DNA of 64,000 nucleotides. Source: Nannocystales bacterium (GTDB lineage: Bacteria > Myxococcota_A > Polyangia > Nannocystales > Nannocystaceae). The notes beneath the pieces were generated by a model. That model ran no database searches. It worked only from the letters and a program-made list of their open reading frames with translations, and was not told the DNA's origin. Shown here piece after piece: positions 41,176-50,678 of the stretch; position 1 is the first letter of the stretch; each line of letters starts with the position of its first letter. The stretch covers positions 78,433 through 142,432 of the forward strand of contig JBOEGF010000017.1 of the NCBI GenBank assembly GCA_050633305.1. Reading direction: 5' to 3'. The position numbers and the translations under genes are program-made.

Positions 41176-41780
41176 CGGTCCATCAGATCGCGGAGGCTCT
41201 GCGCCCACTCGTCGAACCGCCCGACCATGTCCTCGACACGTTCGGCGCGGGGGTCGAGAGAACGCAGCCGCGCCGCGACAGCCTCTCGGGCGCGGCGCAA
41301 GCGACTCTTGACCGTGCCTTGCGGGATCTCCAGCACCTCGGAGATCTCCAGCGTCGACAGGGCCTCCCAGTAGTGCAGCTCGAGCACGACCTGGAGCTCC
41401 AACGGCACCTCGCGCAGGGCCTGCAGCAGGAACACGTGCTCCTGCTTTCGGGCGCGGATCGAGCTGGGCGACTCGGCCATCTCCGCGATGCTCAGCTGGT
41501 CGATGTCGACGCCCGGCGCCTGTCCGCGCTGTCGATAAAACGCGATCAGCCGTCGGCGAGCGACAGCCAACGCGTAGGTGCGGAACGAGGACCGTCCCTC
41601 GAAGTTCTGCAGGTTCCGCACACAGTCGAGCACAACCTGCTGGGTCAGCTCGTCGACCTCCGTCGCCACCTTGTTGCGGAAAAAGCGGCGAATCGCGGGG
41701 ACGATGGGAGCGAGCAGCGTGTCCCCTGCAGCCCGATCTCCGCCTTTCCACGCCTTCAGCAGCGCGACCTCGTCCTTCAC
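41172..41780 (-). CDS. ECF sigma factor divergent from Ser/Thr kinase
   Basis: WKGGDRAAG, RRFFRNKV, SSFRTYALAVAR, LELHYWE, EIPQGTVKSRLRRAR; paralog of 16055..16672. Confidence 0.9.
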   Translation of the reverse strand: MKDEVALLKAWKGGDRAAGDTLLAPIVPAIRRFFRNKVATEVDELTQQVVLDCVRNLQNFEGRSSFRTYALAVARRRLIAFYRQRGQAPGVDIDQLSIAEMAESPSSIRARKQEHVFLLQALREVPLELQVVLELHYWEALSTLEISEVLEIPQGTVKSRLRRAREAVAARLRSLDPRAERVEDMVGRFDEWAQSLRDLMDR

Positions 41781-41820
41781 GCAGCGGACCGTAGCATGGG
41801 TCGCTATCCTCGTCTGGCCC

Positions 41821-43839
41821 GTGTCTGCCCCCACCCAGTCGCCCGATGACGATCGGACACCGACGCTCCCGGCGTGGGTCACCGCATCGCCCAAGCGCGT
41901 GGTGCCCGATCGTGTTGGCCCGTTCAAGGTGCTGGAGAAGATCGGGGCCGGTGGCGCGGGAGAGGTCTGGGCCGCGTACGACGAGGCACTCGACCGTCGG
42001 GTTGCGCTCAAGCTGGTGCGCCGAAGGGGTGTGGCGGACCAACATGAGACCCGCTTGCTGCGTGAGGCGCACGCGCTCGCGAAGCTCTCGCATCCCAACG
42101 TGGTCACGGTGCACGATGCGGACAAAACGCAGGACTACGTCTACATCGCGATGGAGCTCGTCGAAGGCGGCACACTCAAGTCCGCCTTCGCAAACGCCGC
42201 GCACGGACCCCTGACCAGGTTGGGATGGCTGCTGCAAGCCGCCCGAGGGCTCCAGGCCGCGCACGACCTCGGCTTGGTTCACCGCGACTTCAAGCCAGCC
42301 AATGCGTTGTTGGGGGACGACGGCCGGGTGCGTGTCGCGGACTTCGGCTTGGCGCGACGTGCCGAGCCCCACAGCCAAGCCGCCTCGACCCAGGAGTCGA
42401 CCGACAACCCATCACTCGACACCGCGGCCGACTCCGCCTTCTCGGACCTGACGATCACCGGAGCGATCCTCGGGACGCCTGCCTACATGAGCCCGGAGCA
42501 ACGCATGGCTCAGCGCGTCACGCCTGCGTCGGACCAGTTCAGCTTCTGCGTCGTCGCATGGCAAGCGCTGTACGGGGAGAACCCGCTCGCCGAACTCAAC
42601 CTCGCCCAGTGGGTTGCAGGCGACGCTTCGCTCCCGCACGCCCCGTCCCTCCCTGGAGTTCCAAGCTCGCTCGCCGCAGTGCTACGACGGGGACTGGAGC
42701 CCTCCCCCAACGCTCGCTACCCCTCGATGACACCGATCCTGCGAGCGTTGGAGTCGGCGACTCGGCCGCGGCGCGGGTGGAAGTCGATCGCCGTGACTGG
42801 GGCGGCGGGAGTTCTCGCTGCGAGCGTCGCTGCAGCCGTACTGTGGCCCGCACCGCAGGAGTGTGCCGTGCCGAGGCTCGGGTGGACGACGCCTCGTCAT
42901 GCGGCCACGGCATCGGCCCTCGACGATGGCACCCACGCCGGACAAACCGCGGCGGCTCTCGCACAGCGGGGGCTTCGAGATTTCGAGGAGGCCTGGGCGG
43001 CTCGGGCCCAACTCCACTGCGAACGAAGCCCCAGCGACCCCTCGCCGTGTCTCGAGCGCGACAAAGCGACATACGAGCGCGTCGTCGCCGTGCTGCATCG
43101 AGACGCCGGTCGAAGCCACGTGCCCGAGCTGCTCGCGACCTTGAACCGTGCGTGTCAGCTCACCGACAACGCCGCCGACCCGTCGTGGATCCGGCTCGCC
43201 CAACTGTGGCCCGAACTGGCCGCGGGTAACGCCCAGGAGGCACTGGCGGACAGCACCCGACTCGCCGCAATCCTGGCCACCCGCCGACAGCCCGAGGACC
43301 CCCACCTGCAGTCGGAGCTCGCCCGCCTACGCGGGGCGGCCAAGGCCCAACTCGGCGATACGCATGAAGCCGTCGAGACTCTTCGGGTCGCCTACAACAT
43401 CGCCGAGCGCACCGGTGCGGATGCGGTCGCTGCAGCGGTCGCTGCGGATCTCGCGAGGCTCGCGGCGATCGACCTGGGCCAGCCCGCTCGTGGGCGGGTC
43501 TGGCTCGAGTCGGCGGAAGCCCTTGGCGTCCTCCCGCAGGAGGTCCATGCGAAGGTCGCCTTTGTTCGCGGGCTGCTGGCTGCGAAGGAGAACGACTGGC
43601 GGGTTGCGGCGACGGCGTTCGAGCGATCCGCAGCACTGCAGGAAAACGTCCCTGCATACACCGACGGACCCGCCGAGGCATGGTTGGGTCAGGCCGAGGC
43701 TCTCTCCCGGGTGGGGGAGATGGAGCACGCACGACGGTGCGCAAGTCGGGCCGCCGAGCGCCGCGACAGACTCTACGGACCGACGCATCCCAAGGCTCGG
43801 GCTGCCCGAACCCTCGAACTCTCGCTGCAGTCGCTATAG
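41821..43839 (+). CDS. Transmembrane Ser/Thr protein kinase with TPR-like tail
   Basis: [62 protein letters not shown]. Confidence 0.92.
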   Translation: MSAPTQSPDDDRTPTLPAWVTASPKRVVPDRVGPFKVLEKIGAGGAGEVWAAYDEALDRRVALKLVRRRGVADQHETRLLREAHALAKLSHPNVVTVHDADKTQDYVYIAMELVEGGTLKSAFANAAHGPLTRLGWLLQAARGLQAAHDLGLVHRDFKPANALLGDDGRVRVADFGLARRAEPHSQAASTQESTDNPSLDTAADSAFSDLTITGAILGTPAYMSPEQRMAQRVTPASDQFSFCVVAWQALYGENPLAELNLAQWVAGDASLPHAPSLPGVPSSLAAVLRRGLEPSPNARYPSMTPILRALESATRPRRGWKSIAVTGAAGVLAASVAAAVLWPAPQECAVPRLGWTTPRHAATASALDDGTHAGQTAAALAQRGLRDFEEAWAARAQLHCERSPSDPSPCLERDKATYERVVAVLHRDAGRSHVPELLATLNRACQLTDNAADPSWIRLAQLWPELAAGNAQEALADSTRLAAILATRRQPEDPHLQSELARLRGAAKAQLGDTHEAVETLRVAYNIAERTGADAVAAAVAADLARLAAIDLGQPARGRVWLESAEALGVLPQEVHAKVAFVRGLLAAKENDWRVAATAFERSAALQENVPAYTDGPAEAWLGQAEALSRVGEMEHARRCASRAAERRDRLYGPTHPKARAARTLELSLQSL

Positions 43840-43846
43840 TCGCCGC

Positions 43847-44860
43847 ATGTCCTGGGCCGGCCCCTTTCCCGACCGCCTCGACCTCGCACGCCTCGAGACG
43901 CCGATCGTTCCACTGCCGCGGCTGCGCAAACATCTCGGAGGACCCGCGCTGTGGGTCAAGCGCGACGACCAGACCGGCGCGACCGAGAGCGGAAACAAGA
44001 TTCGCAAGCTGCAGTTTGCGGTCGCCGAAGCGATGCGGGCTGGGGCCGACACCCTCATCACCTGCGGTGGGCTGCAGTCCAACCACGCCCGGACCACGGT
44101 TGTGGTCGCCCGCAGGATGGGGCTGAACGTCGAGTTGGTGTTGCGCGGCGAAGCGCCCGAGCGCCTTGAGGGCAACCTGCTCCTCGACGGTCTACTGGGC
44201 GCGACGGTCCACCTGTATGACCCAGAGGCGTATGCGGACAAGGACGCGATCATGCAAGCTCGCGCGAACACCCTCAGGGCCGAAGGCAAGCACCCCTTCG
44301 TGGTCGCCGAAGGCTGCTCGATGGCCAGTGGGTCGTGGGGCTACATCGACGCAATGCGCGAGATCGTCGCGTGGGAAGCCTCCAGTGGCGTCCGTCTGGA
44401 TGCGATCGTCAGCGGTGTCGGGAGCGGAGGCACCGCGGCGGGCATCGAGCTCGGCGCACGCCTGCTCGGGTTTCGCGGGGAGGTTATCGGGGTGCCGGTC
44501 TGTGACGACGAGGCCTTCTTTCGGAAGAAGATCGCCGGGCTGTGCGACGACACGACTCGGGCCTACAACTTGCCCGCCGAGGTCCGGGAGGACGAAGTGG
44601 GACTGCTCGGCGGATACGTCGGCGGGGGCTACGGGATCAGCAGCGAGGCGGAACGCGAGAGCTTGGTGATGCTCGCGCGGCACGAGGGCATCGTCCTCGA
44701 ACCCGTGTACAGCGGGAAAGCGTTTCACGCCCTGCGCAGCGAACTCGAGGGTCGGTTCGCGAACATGCAGAACGTGTTGTTCATCCACACCGGAGGCGTC
44801 TTCGGGCTGGCCGCGTACGCCGATGTCCTACCCGCCCTGCAACTGGCGACGCAGCCGTGA
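43847..44860 (+). CDS. dcyD: D-cysteine desulfhydrase family PLP enzyme
   Basis: WVKRDD, SGNKIRKL, GGLQSNHAR, GSGGT, EPVYSGK, IHTGG (Ser/Thr rather than ACC-deaminase Glu/Leu). Confidence 0.85.
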   Translation: MSWAGPFPDRLDLARLETPIVPLPRLRKHLGGPALWVKRDDQTGATESGNKIRKLQFAVAEAMRAGADTLITCGGLQSNHARTTVVVARRMGLNVELVLRGEAPERLEGNLLLDGLLGATVHLYDPEAYADKDAIMQARANTLRAEGKHPFVVAEGCSMASGSWGYIDAMREIVAWEASSGVRLDAIVSGVGSGGTAAGIELGARLLGFRGEVIGVPVCDDEAFFRKKIAGLCDDTTRAYNLPAEVREDEVGLLGGYVGGGYGISSEAERESLVMLARHEGIVLEPVYSGKAFHALRSELEGRFANMQNVLFIHTGGVFGLAAYADVLPALQLATQP

Positions 44861-45826
44861 ACGCTCGGACCACGCCAGCGCCACGATGAATCCATCGAGC
44901 AGCACGTGGCCCAACGCCAATGCTGCCACACCGCCCCACGGTACGACGACCGCCACCGCCACGCCGTAGGCCAGGCCCTTGGCGAGACAACCCCGCCAAG
45001 AGAAGTTTGGATGGTGCAGCAGCCCGAACAGTACTCCGGCACCGATTGCGACCGCCCCTGATCCGACGCCGAGGACCGAGGCCAGGGCCAACATCGGGAC
45101 GAGCACCAGCCCGTCCTCCCCCGCGACGCCCAGCGTCTTCCACGGCCGGGAGACCAGGTCCTGCACAGCCTCGGTCCCGGCCGACATGTCCGCGGTCGTG
45201 GAGGCAGGCAGCGCTCGCTCCATGAGCCACCGGACCAGCAGCTGTCCCCCGAGCGCAACGACCAGGTACGCTACGACGGCGCCCGCAGCGAAACGCCACG
45301 GGGCGAGCAGCAGGTGCACAGCCAACAAGCCCAACCCCGCCCACTCCAGCCCCCGGCCCCGGTACAACAACAACCGGGAGACCGAGCTCTCCGTCGCCGT
45401 CAGCCAAAACGCGGCCTCGACCGAGCCCCCTCGCGCCGCCCGGCGGTACCAGCGACGCGCGCGACGCATCGAGCGACGTGCCCCACGACCGTCTCGGTAG
45501 CAGTGGCCCAAGAGCACGGCTCCCCGGGGTTGGCCAGCATGGGCGGCGTCCACCGACCACAGGTAGGCGGAGCGATCATTCTCGAGCGCGCCGTGCCGAA
45601 CGGCCCGGGCATCCAAGCCCGTCCGGAGCCACGAAGACGCGAAGCGAAGGCGAAGCGACGAACGCCCGTCGGCCAGCGTCCGAAGGGCGTTCATGTGGGA
45701 TAGCCAGCACCCGAAATCCCCTTCGTCGCGGTGCGCCGCAGCCTCCAGGGCTTCGAATCGAGCACAGACGGGGTCGGTCTCGGAGGTTGCGCCCTCACCA
45801 GAATCCACGGGTGCGGTACCTCGCAC
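44828..45826 (-). CDS. Sel1-like repeat + CPBP (CAAX/Abi) intramembrane protease-like fusion
   Basis: LGHCYRDGRGARRSMRRARRWYRRAARGG; TM region; GEDGL, LFGLLHH, HVLLD. Confidence 0.65.
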   Translation of the reverse strand: MRGTAPVDSGEGATSETDPVCARFEALEAAAHRDEGDFGCWLSHMNALRTLADGRSSLRLRFASSWLRTGLDARAVRHGALENDRSAYLWSVDAAHAGQPRGAVLLGHCYRDGRGARRSMRRARRWYRRAARGGSVEAAFWLTATESSVSRLLLYRGRGLEWAGLGLLAVHLLLAPWRFAAGAVVAYLVVALGGQLLVRWLMERALPASTTADMSAGTEAVQDLVSRPWKTLGVAGEDGLVLVPMLALASVLGVGSGAVAIGAGVLFGLLHHPNFSWRGCLAKGLAYGVAVAVVVPWGGVAALALGHVLLDGFIVALAWSERSRLRRQLQGG

Positions 45827-45835
45827 CGCGGGAGG

Positions 45836-46318
45836 CTATTCCAGCAGGTCTTGCGCAATTGCTGCGAAGAACGCGTCCGACTGGATGTACGCCGCCCAGT
45901 CGGTCTCCACCTCGGCGGCGCCGCGGCGCTGCTGAAACAGGACGGGGTCGTCATACTCGCCCTGGTACCAGCCCCAGAGGAACCGGACCCGCATGGGGTC
46001 GATGTTGCGCTGGCGAAGCACGGCCAACATCTGGAGGACCTCCATGTCGTCGAAGGCTTCGATGTAGCCCTCGGCCTCATCGATATGCAGGCCGAGACGG
46101 TCGATGCCCGTGGAGGTCAGTCGGTACTCGCCAAGCTTGCGATCGATCGCGACCAGCCCTTGCACCGCGAGCCCCTCCAGGGTCGGCTCGAACGCCGCCA
46201 GAGCCGACGGTAGCAGCACCGGCATGGCGACTCCGCCGTCCTCCGGGGAGAGGTCGAGCAGCTTCAGGACGAACAGCTCAACGTAGGTTCGCCGTTGGTC
46301 TTCGGAGAGTTCATGCAT
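45836..46318 (-). CDS. Hypothetical protein with winged-helix-like segment
   Basis: LEGLAVQGLVAIDRKLGEYRLTSTGID; RFLWGWYQGEYDD; overlaps upstream gene. Confidence 0.75.
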   Translation of the reverse strand: MHELSEDQRRTYVELFVLKLLDLSPEDGGVAMPVLLPSALAAFEPTLEGLAVQGLVAIDRKLGEYRLTSTGIDRLGLHIDEAEGYIEAFDDMEVLQMLAVLRQRNIDPMRVRFLWGWYQGEYDDPVLFQQRRGAAEVETDWAAYIQSDAFFAAIAQDLLE

Positions 46319-46802
46319 CGACAATCGTCCAGCGGTCTGCGGTCAGTCGAATCCGGGGCTCGGGGCCCCGGGGGTTGTCGAGCCATGCGGTCACGTCCCC
46401 CTGCGCCACATGCAGGGAGCGTTCGCCCAGCCCGGTGGGTGCGGGGATGTCTTTGTTCTGCGGGTTGCACAGCGCCAGCACGACGTCGGTCTCGGGACCG
46501 AGCACCGGCACGACCTTCTCCGAAGCGAATCGTGCCCAGGGCACCCGCGCTGCGACCTCCTCACCGCGAACCTCGAACCAAAACTCGAGATGCAGGGGGC
46601 CCGGCTCCGGTTCGTCCGGGGTGTGGATTGCGATGAGCAAGGGGGCCTCGATCCGGCGCAGGACTCCATCGTCGAGCCACACCTCGGACGGACGGCACCA
46701 TCCATGCTCGTAGAAGTCGTCGCCCTGCGGCGAGTCCGGCTCGAGCCCCAGCAACCTGCGAGTTCCGCCCCGTTCGAACGGAATGTCCGCGACGCCGAGC
46801 AT
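46311..46802 (-). CDS. Hypothetical protein
   Basis: 163-aa ORF with TGATG coupling to upstream gene and overlap with downstream gene. Confidence 0.65.
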   Translation of the reverse strand: MLGVADIPFERGGTRRLLGLEPDSPQGDDFYEHGWCRPSEVWLDDGVLRRIEAPLLIAIHTPDEPEPGPLHLEFWFEVRGEEVAARVPWARFASEKVVPVLGPETDVVLALCNPQNKDIPAPTGLGERSLHVAQGDVTAWLDNPRGPEPRIRLTADRWTIVDA

Positions 46803-47557
46803 CAGGCGATGCTGACCACGCGCCGGTTCTTCTGCGCGCGCAGTCCGAACCGACCCCCTCGACGCGGCGTGCTTCGCGGACGAGGCGTGGTGGAGGTCTT
46901 GCTCTTGTTGAAGTTGCCGCCGCCGCGGTTGTACTTGCGACCCGACTGGGACTTGGTACCGGTCTTGTTCGACGAGCTGAACTTGGACGGGTTCGCCTTG
47001 CGGTACGAGTTCCGCTGCGTGGTGAGGCTGCCGTGCCGAGCGGCGGGGGTGTGATACGGCTGCCGATACATCGGACGATAGCCGGGCATGAACGCACGCG
47101 AGATCATCGAGCCGACCACCATGCCCGCCGCGATGTCCCAGAATGGAGAGCGGTAGGACGAGTAGCGGTTGTGGCCCTGGATTTGGTACCGGCCTGAGCC
47201 CTCGCCGGTGAGGTCGCGGCGGAGCGTGAAGATCTTCTCGCCCTCGTCGATCGCTCCGTTGGTGTTCTTGTCGAAGAAGCCCGTAACCTCTTGAGTCGTG
47301 TCATCGAGGTCGTGCACGCCCACACTGACCAGCTCTTCGCCTGTGTAGATTTCGTTGACGCGGCGCTCGAAGTCCTCGGGACCCTCCGCTTGCTTGTAGG
47401 CTTTGGAGACGGCATCCCAGTCGATGTCGACCGATGCGTCCTGCGTCGTGACCCAGCGGTCGTTGCCGCGCGAGCCCGCGTCGCCGCAGCCCGCAGCCGG
47501 AAACGCCAGAGCCGCGCTAAGCGCGAACATGCCGGCGGAGGTTCGAAGACGATTCAC
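46802..47557 (-). CDS. Hypothetical lipoprotein with basic low-complexity C-terminal tail
   Basis: Lipobox FPAAGC; EDFERRVNEIY; FWDIAAGMVVGSMI; K/R/S/G tail ending RRGGRFG; GTG start 47557 inferred. Confidence 0.75.
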   Translation of the reverse strand: MNRLRTSAGMFALSAALAFPAAGCGDAGSRGNDRWVTTQDASVDIDWDAVSKAYKQAEGPEDFERRVNEIYTGEELVSVGVHDLDDTTQEVTGFFDKNTNGAIDEGEKIFTLRRDLTGEGSGRYQIQGHNRYSSYRSPFWDIAAGMVVGSMISRAFMPGYRPMYRQPYHTPAARHGSLTTQRNSYRKANPSKFSSSNKTGTKSQSGRKYNRGGGNFNKSKTSTTPRPRSTPRRGGRFGLRAQKNRRVVSIA

Positions 47558-47696
47558 GAAAGCCAACCTAAGCCTCCATCGCGCCAGGTCAACCGAGAGC
47601 TCGCCCGCGAACACCACTTCGCGCCTTCGCCAGATGCGTGCGCCGCTCCGTCGACCTCCACGACCCCAGTCGCCGCGCCCCCACGCGGCCCCCCCG

Positions 47697-50456
47697 TCAG
47701 TCTTTGACTTGGCCCGGGAACAGGGGCGGCGCGGCTTTGGCGAACGCCTGCCGGAGGTTCTTCTTGGTGAAGATCCCAGTCCTCAGGAGTGACTCCCCCG
47801 GGCTCTCCTGCGGCTTCACCTTGCCGCCGGAGCCCACCTTGAACGCCGCCTTGGGGGAGCGGTCCCCCGGGGTGCTTGCGACCACCACCCAGTCGAATCC
47901 TCCCTTGCCGTCGCTGTCGTAAAACGTCCAGCGAACGTCGGCGACTTTGAGCATGGCGAACTCCGCGTCGAACTTCCCTGCCCGGACCTGCTTGGCCAGG
48001 TCCTGGTGGTTGACGCCTTCGGCCGCGCTGTCGCCGTCGAGATCGATGAGCACCAGGTCACGGCCGTACTCGGTCACCATGGCCACAGCGTTGCGCAGCC
48101 CGCCCGAGTCGCGAATCGCCACGCTCGCACGCGGCCCGAAGCTGAGCGCAGGAAAGCTGTCAATACCCACGCCCGACTGCGCGGTCGTCCCCGGCATCGC
48201 CTTGGAGACCGCAGTCGCAAAGCGAGTCCGCGCGTCTTCGGCAGACAAGAGGTCCTGGCGCAACAACGCACGCCCCAGCTGCTCAGTCGCCGGGGCTCCA
48301 GAGACCCAAGCCTCGCTGGTCCCGGTGAATCCCAGCACGTTGGTGTGCAGGATCGTCTCCAACGTGCCGTCGTCGTCTGCGTCGTACCAAGCCCAGCGCG
48401 ACGCGCCCTGCTCGAGGACGACCACCTCGATGTCCGCACTGCCAACCTTGCGCGCCATCTCAAAGCCACTGGAGACCCCCGCGTTTTGGTCGAGGTCGAA
48501 CAGGTACCGGCGGTGGAAGTACGTCGACTCGATGAACGTATCGAGGGTGCCATCCCCGTCGTGGTCCGAAGCGAGCAACGACTCTGCCGATGCCTTGGGA
48601 TCGGGAATGATGACCTCGCCATCGCCAGACTCGGCAGCGCCGGGAAACACGACGGACGCCACGCGGCCATAGCGTTCCTTGAGCTTGGCATCGACGAACA
48701 GTTCACCGTCGAGTCCATCGCGAACGAGCTTGTCCGGGCTCGCAGTGGCACCGCCGTCCTTGGGCACGGTGTACGCAGTCGTGATGTTGCCGATCGTGCC
48801 CAGCATGAACACGTCGTGGTGACCGTCGTTGTCGGTGTCGTACCAAACGTTGCGGTTTCCACCTTGGTCCAGCACCACCAGCTCAGCATCGAACGGGCGG
48901 TCATCCTTGGCGCTGAGGTCGTCCCAGCTGGGCAGTGGCTTGGCCTTCCCCAGCGAGTTCTGGTCGAGGTCGAAGTAGTACGCCGTGCTGCTTCCTACAC
49001 CCGGACCCGCCGCCACCACCGTCTCGATTCGGCCATCGAGGTCGACGTCTCCACCATGCACATTGACCGCCGCGACGTCCCACGGGTCGGGGATGAAATC
49101 CAGCGGGTGCTCGGGGACCTCCTCGAGCAGCACCTTCACCTCGGCCAAGTGCACGTGGAAGCTCAGCCACTGGTTGGTGGTCATGTCCCGCCGGACAAAC
49201 GCGTTGACGGCCACAATCTCTCCGGCCGTGTTCACCAGCGGCCCGCCGCTGTCGCCGGGGAGAATCTTGGCGGTCGATTGGACCACCCGCCCCTGCTTGT
49301 CCATCTGCGCCTTCCGCTTGGCGAGCTGTTCCTTCTGATAGCCGGAGGCACCGTCGAGCGCGAGGTCGGTATGCCCGGCGAGCTTGCCCGTGCTCGACAC
49401 CTCTCCTCCCTTGAGCGCCCACAGCAGCCCTGCGCCCGCGTGCCCAACCGCAGCGACCCGTTGGCCAGGATACGGCGCCTTCTCGCTGATCTCCAACGAC
49501 GGCAGGTCGGCAGGCGGGTCGATGAGTTGCAGCAACGCGAGGTCGTGGTCGATGTCGACCTCCAACACGTAGGCGTGCTGGGTCTTTTCTTGCGGCTCGA
49601 ACGCCTGCAACTCCTCCGAGTAGGTCCCAAGGGTCACGTCCGCCTTGATACGCAGCCCTTCCCGCTCCCCACCTTCGATGACGTGGTGGTTGGTGAGGAT
49701 GATGCCCTTGGGGTCGATGATCGAGCCGGACCCCACGCTTCCAGGGACGCGAATGACCACGGTCGCGGCTCCGACCTGCCGATACAGCTCGCCCATGTCC
49801 TTCTCGACCACCGGCTCGTCCTCATCGGGATCCTTCTCGTCCGGGACCGGTGGCGGGATGTCGAGTTTGGGTGCATCGACGACCTCGGGCGTCTTGTCCC
49901 CGCCATCGTCCGACTCGCCTTCGTCCTCGTTGTTGGCGACCACGGTCTCCGTCTCGTCGGTGCCGCCCAACAGGAAGTACGCGCCCGCGGCCCCACCACC
50001 GAGGACCAGCACGCCCGCGACCGCAGCGATGGCAACGCCGGCCCCCGACTTCTTCCGCTCCGCTGGCGCGGCCTCCATCGCAGCCTTCTGCCGTTGGAAG
50101 TCCGCCATGAGTGCCGCGCCGTCACCCATCACCGTGCCACCGGCGGCCTGATGCATCGCGCCGACGATCTGAACGACTTTGATCACCGTCTTCCCGCACG
50201 TGAACGCCTCACCGGCACTCATCGCGAACTGCGGGAGGTTGCGGCCTTCTTTCCAGGTGCCGTTGCTGCTGCCTAGATCTCGCACCACCAGCTGGCCGTT
50301 TTGGAACTCCAGCTCGGCGTGAGTGGCCGACGCCTCCGTGTCGGCGAGCACGATCTCGCCGGCATCACGACCCACGACGACACGTGCGGCTGAGAAGGAC
50401 AGCGTGGCCGCAGGGCGGCCGACATAGTTGATCTCGAGGATGTAGTGGGGCTCCAC
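47697..50456 (-). CDS. FHA domain + TM + trypsin-like serine protease + acidic repeat protein
   Basis: FHA VVGRD...SATHA...DLGSSNGT; TM; triad TNHHVI, DHDLALL, PGDSGGPL; repeated YDxDxDG motifs. Confidence 0.88.
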   Translation of the reverse strand: MEPHYILEINYVGRPAATLSFSAARVVVGRDAGEIVLADTEASATHAELEFQNGQLVVRDLGSSNGTWKEGRNLPQFAMSAGEAFTCGKTVIKVVQIVGAMHQAAGGTVMGDGAALMADFQRQKAAMEAAPAERKKSGAGVAIAAVAGVLVLGGGAAGAYFLLGGTDETETVVANNEDEGESDDGGDKTPEVVDAPKLDIPPPVPDEKDPDEDEPVVEKDMGELYRQVGAATVVIRVPGSVGSGSIIDPKGIILTNHHVIEGGEREGLRIKADVTLGTYSEELQAFEPQEKTQHAYVLEVDIDHDLALLQLIDPPADLPSLEISEKAPYPGQRVAAVGHAGAGLLWALKGGEVSSTGKLAGHTDLALDGASGYQKEQLAKRKAQMDKQGRVVQSTAKILPGDSGGPLVNTAGEIVAVNAFVRRDMTTNQWLSFHVHLAEVKVLLEEVPEHPLDFIPDPWDVAAVNVHGGDVDLDGRIETVVAAGPGVGSSTAYYFDLDQNSLGKAKPLPSWDDLSAKDDRPFDAELVVLDQGGNRNVWYDTDNDGHHDVFMLGTIGNITTAYTVPKDGGATASPDKLVRDGLDGELFVDAKLKERYGRVASVVFPGAAESGDGEVIIPDPKASAESLLASDHDGDGTLDTFIESTYFHRRYLFDLDQNAGVSSGFEMARKVGSADIEVVVLEQGASRWAWYDADDDGTLETILHTNVLGFTGTSEAWVSGAPATEQLGRALLRQDLLSAEDARTRFATAVSKAMPGTTAQSGVGIDSFPALSFGPRASVAIRDSGGLRNAVAMVTEYGRDLVLIDLDGDSAAEGVNHQDLAKQVRAGKFDAEFAMLKVADVRWTFYDSDGKGGFDWVVVASTPGDRSPKAAFKVGSGGKVKPQESPGESLLRTGIFTKKNLRQAFAKAAPPLFPGQVKD

Positions 50457-50621
50457 GGCTCGGCTCCAGCGCGGGGTGCGGACCGCGCGCCCCACCACGG
50501 TACCAGCATCAGTGACGCATCGAGCGTTCCCAATCTGAACCGGGGATCTCCTGCCCACTGCGACCCCGCGGACCACCCGCGGCAGGATCAACGCCCTCCC
50601 CCGAATCAGCGCTCACTACAA

Positions 50622-50678
50622 AATGTCATCCTGATTGACATTCGAACATCTCGCCTCACACTGTCAATAGAGATGACA
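50622..50678. promoter_or_regulatory. Two TGTCA-N7-TGACA operators overlapping a TTGACA promoter
   Basis: AATGTCA-TCCTGAT-TGACATT (50622-50642) and TGTCA-ATAGAGA-TGACA (50662-50678); TTGACA 50635-50640. Confidence 0.65.

Noticed and set aside
43847..44860. ACC deaminase
   Set aside because: Diagnostic positions are Ser (PVYSGK) and Thr (HTGG), not Glu/Leu
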